DNA from: a virus
Lineage: Duplodnaviria; Heunggongvirae; Uroviricota; Caudoviricetes
Reading direction: 5' to 3' (one strand)
IMG/VR virus record: IMGVR_UViG_2671181111_000004
Span: 1-6,187 of that record
DNA length: 6,187 bases
In this document: in pieces, positions 6,027 through 6,187 of the stretch
Position numbering within the stretch: position 1 is the stretch's first letter
Layout: each line of letters opens with the position of its first letter
Translations under genes and position numbers: made by a program
Notes under the pieces: generated by a model
Databases searched by the model: none
The model's input: only the letters and a program-made list of their open reading frames with translations
What the model was told of the DNA's origin: nothing

Positions 6027-6187
6027 GCTATTAGCTCAGTGATGTAGATGGTCATTTAATACTCCGTCACGTTTTCCTGTCGCCACGCCTCGTCATATTC
6101 CGATTTCGGCATATTGGCGATGTGAAGTGGCACACTGAATTTGGCCACCTGAACAGAGGTGATATGCTCACCTCAGAACAACACAGG

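Noticed and set aside
6056-6187. Short minus-strand frame ending at TAA 6056-6058 (MPKSEYDEAWRQENVTEY or a longer GTG-initiated form)
   Set aside because: It has no convincing ribosome-binding site or start and the window ends upstream, so it cannot be evaluated.

Overview
This window reads as a decayed, mosaic lambdoid-type prophage segment from an enterobacterial genome, abutted on the left by an IS66-family remnant. All calls are from reading the sequence and the ORF track; no database search was possible, so family assignments rest on recognised motifs. On the minus strand, right to left: an intrinsic terminator, a small acidic Trp-rich protein, NinB and NinE (translationally coupled); then a divergent 318-bp control region; then Rha, a 77-aa Cys/His-containing protein, an O-like replication initiator with an iteron origin inside its coding sequence, a DnaC-like loader and a DnaB-family helicase. 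On the plus strand, between the nin genes and Rha, sits a two-gene toxin-antitoxin-like cassette (Gp49/HigB-like RelE/ParE toxin then XRE-HTH partner). Two lesions suggest the replication module is defective: the initiator is split across two reading frames inside its own iteron region, and the helicase's last codons are supplied by the terminal repeat of the IS66 remnant. The most system-like candidate is the toxin-antitoxin cassette occupying the immunity-region position, but I cannot show from sequence alone that it is novel. No rRNA, tRNA or CRISPR array is present.
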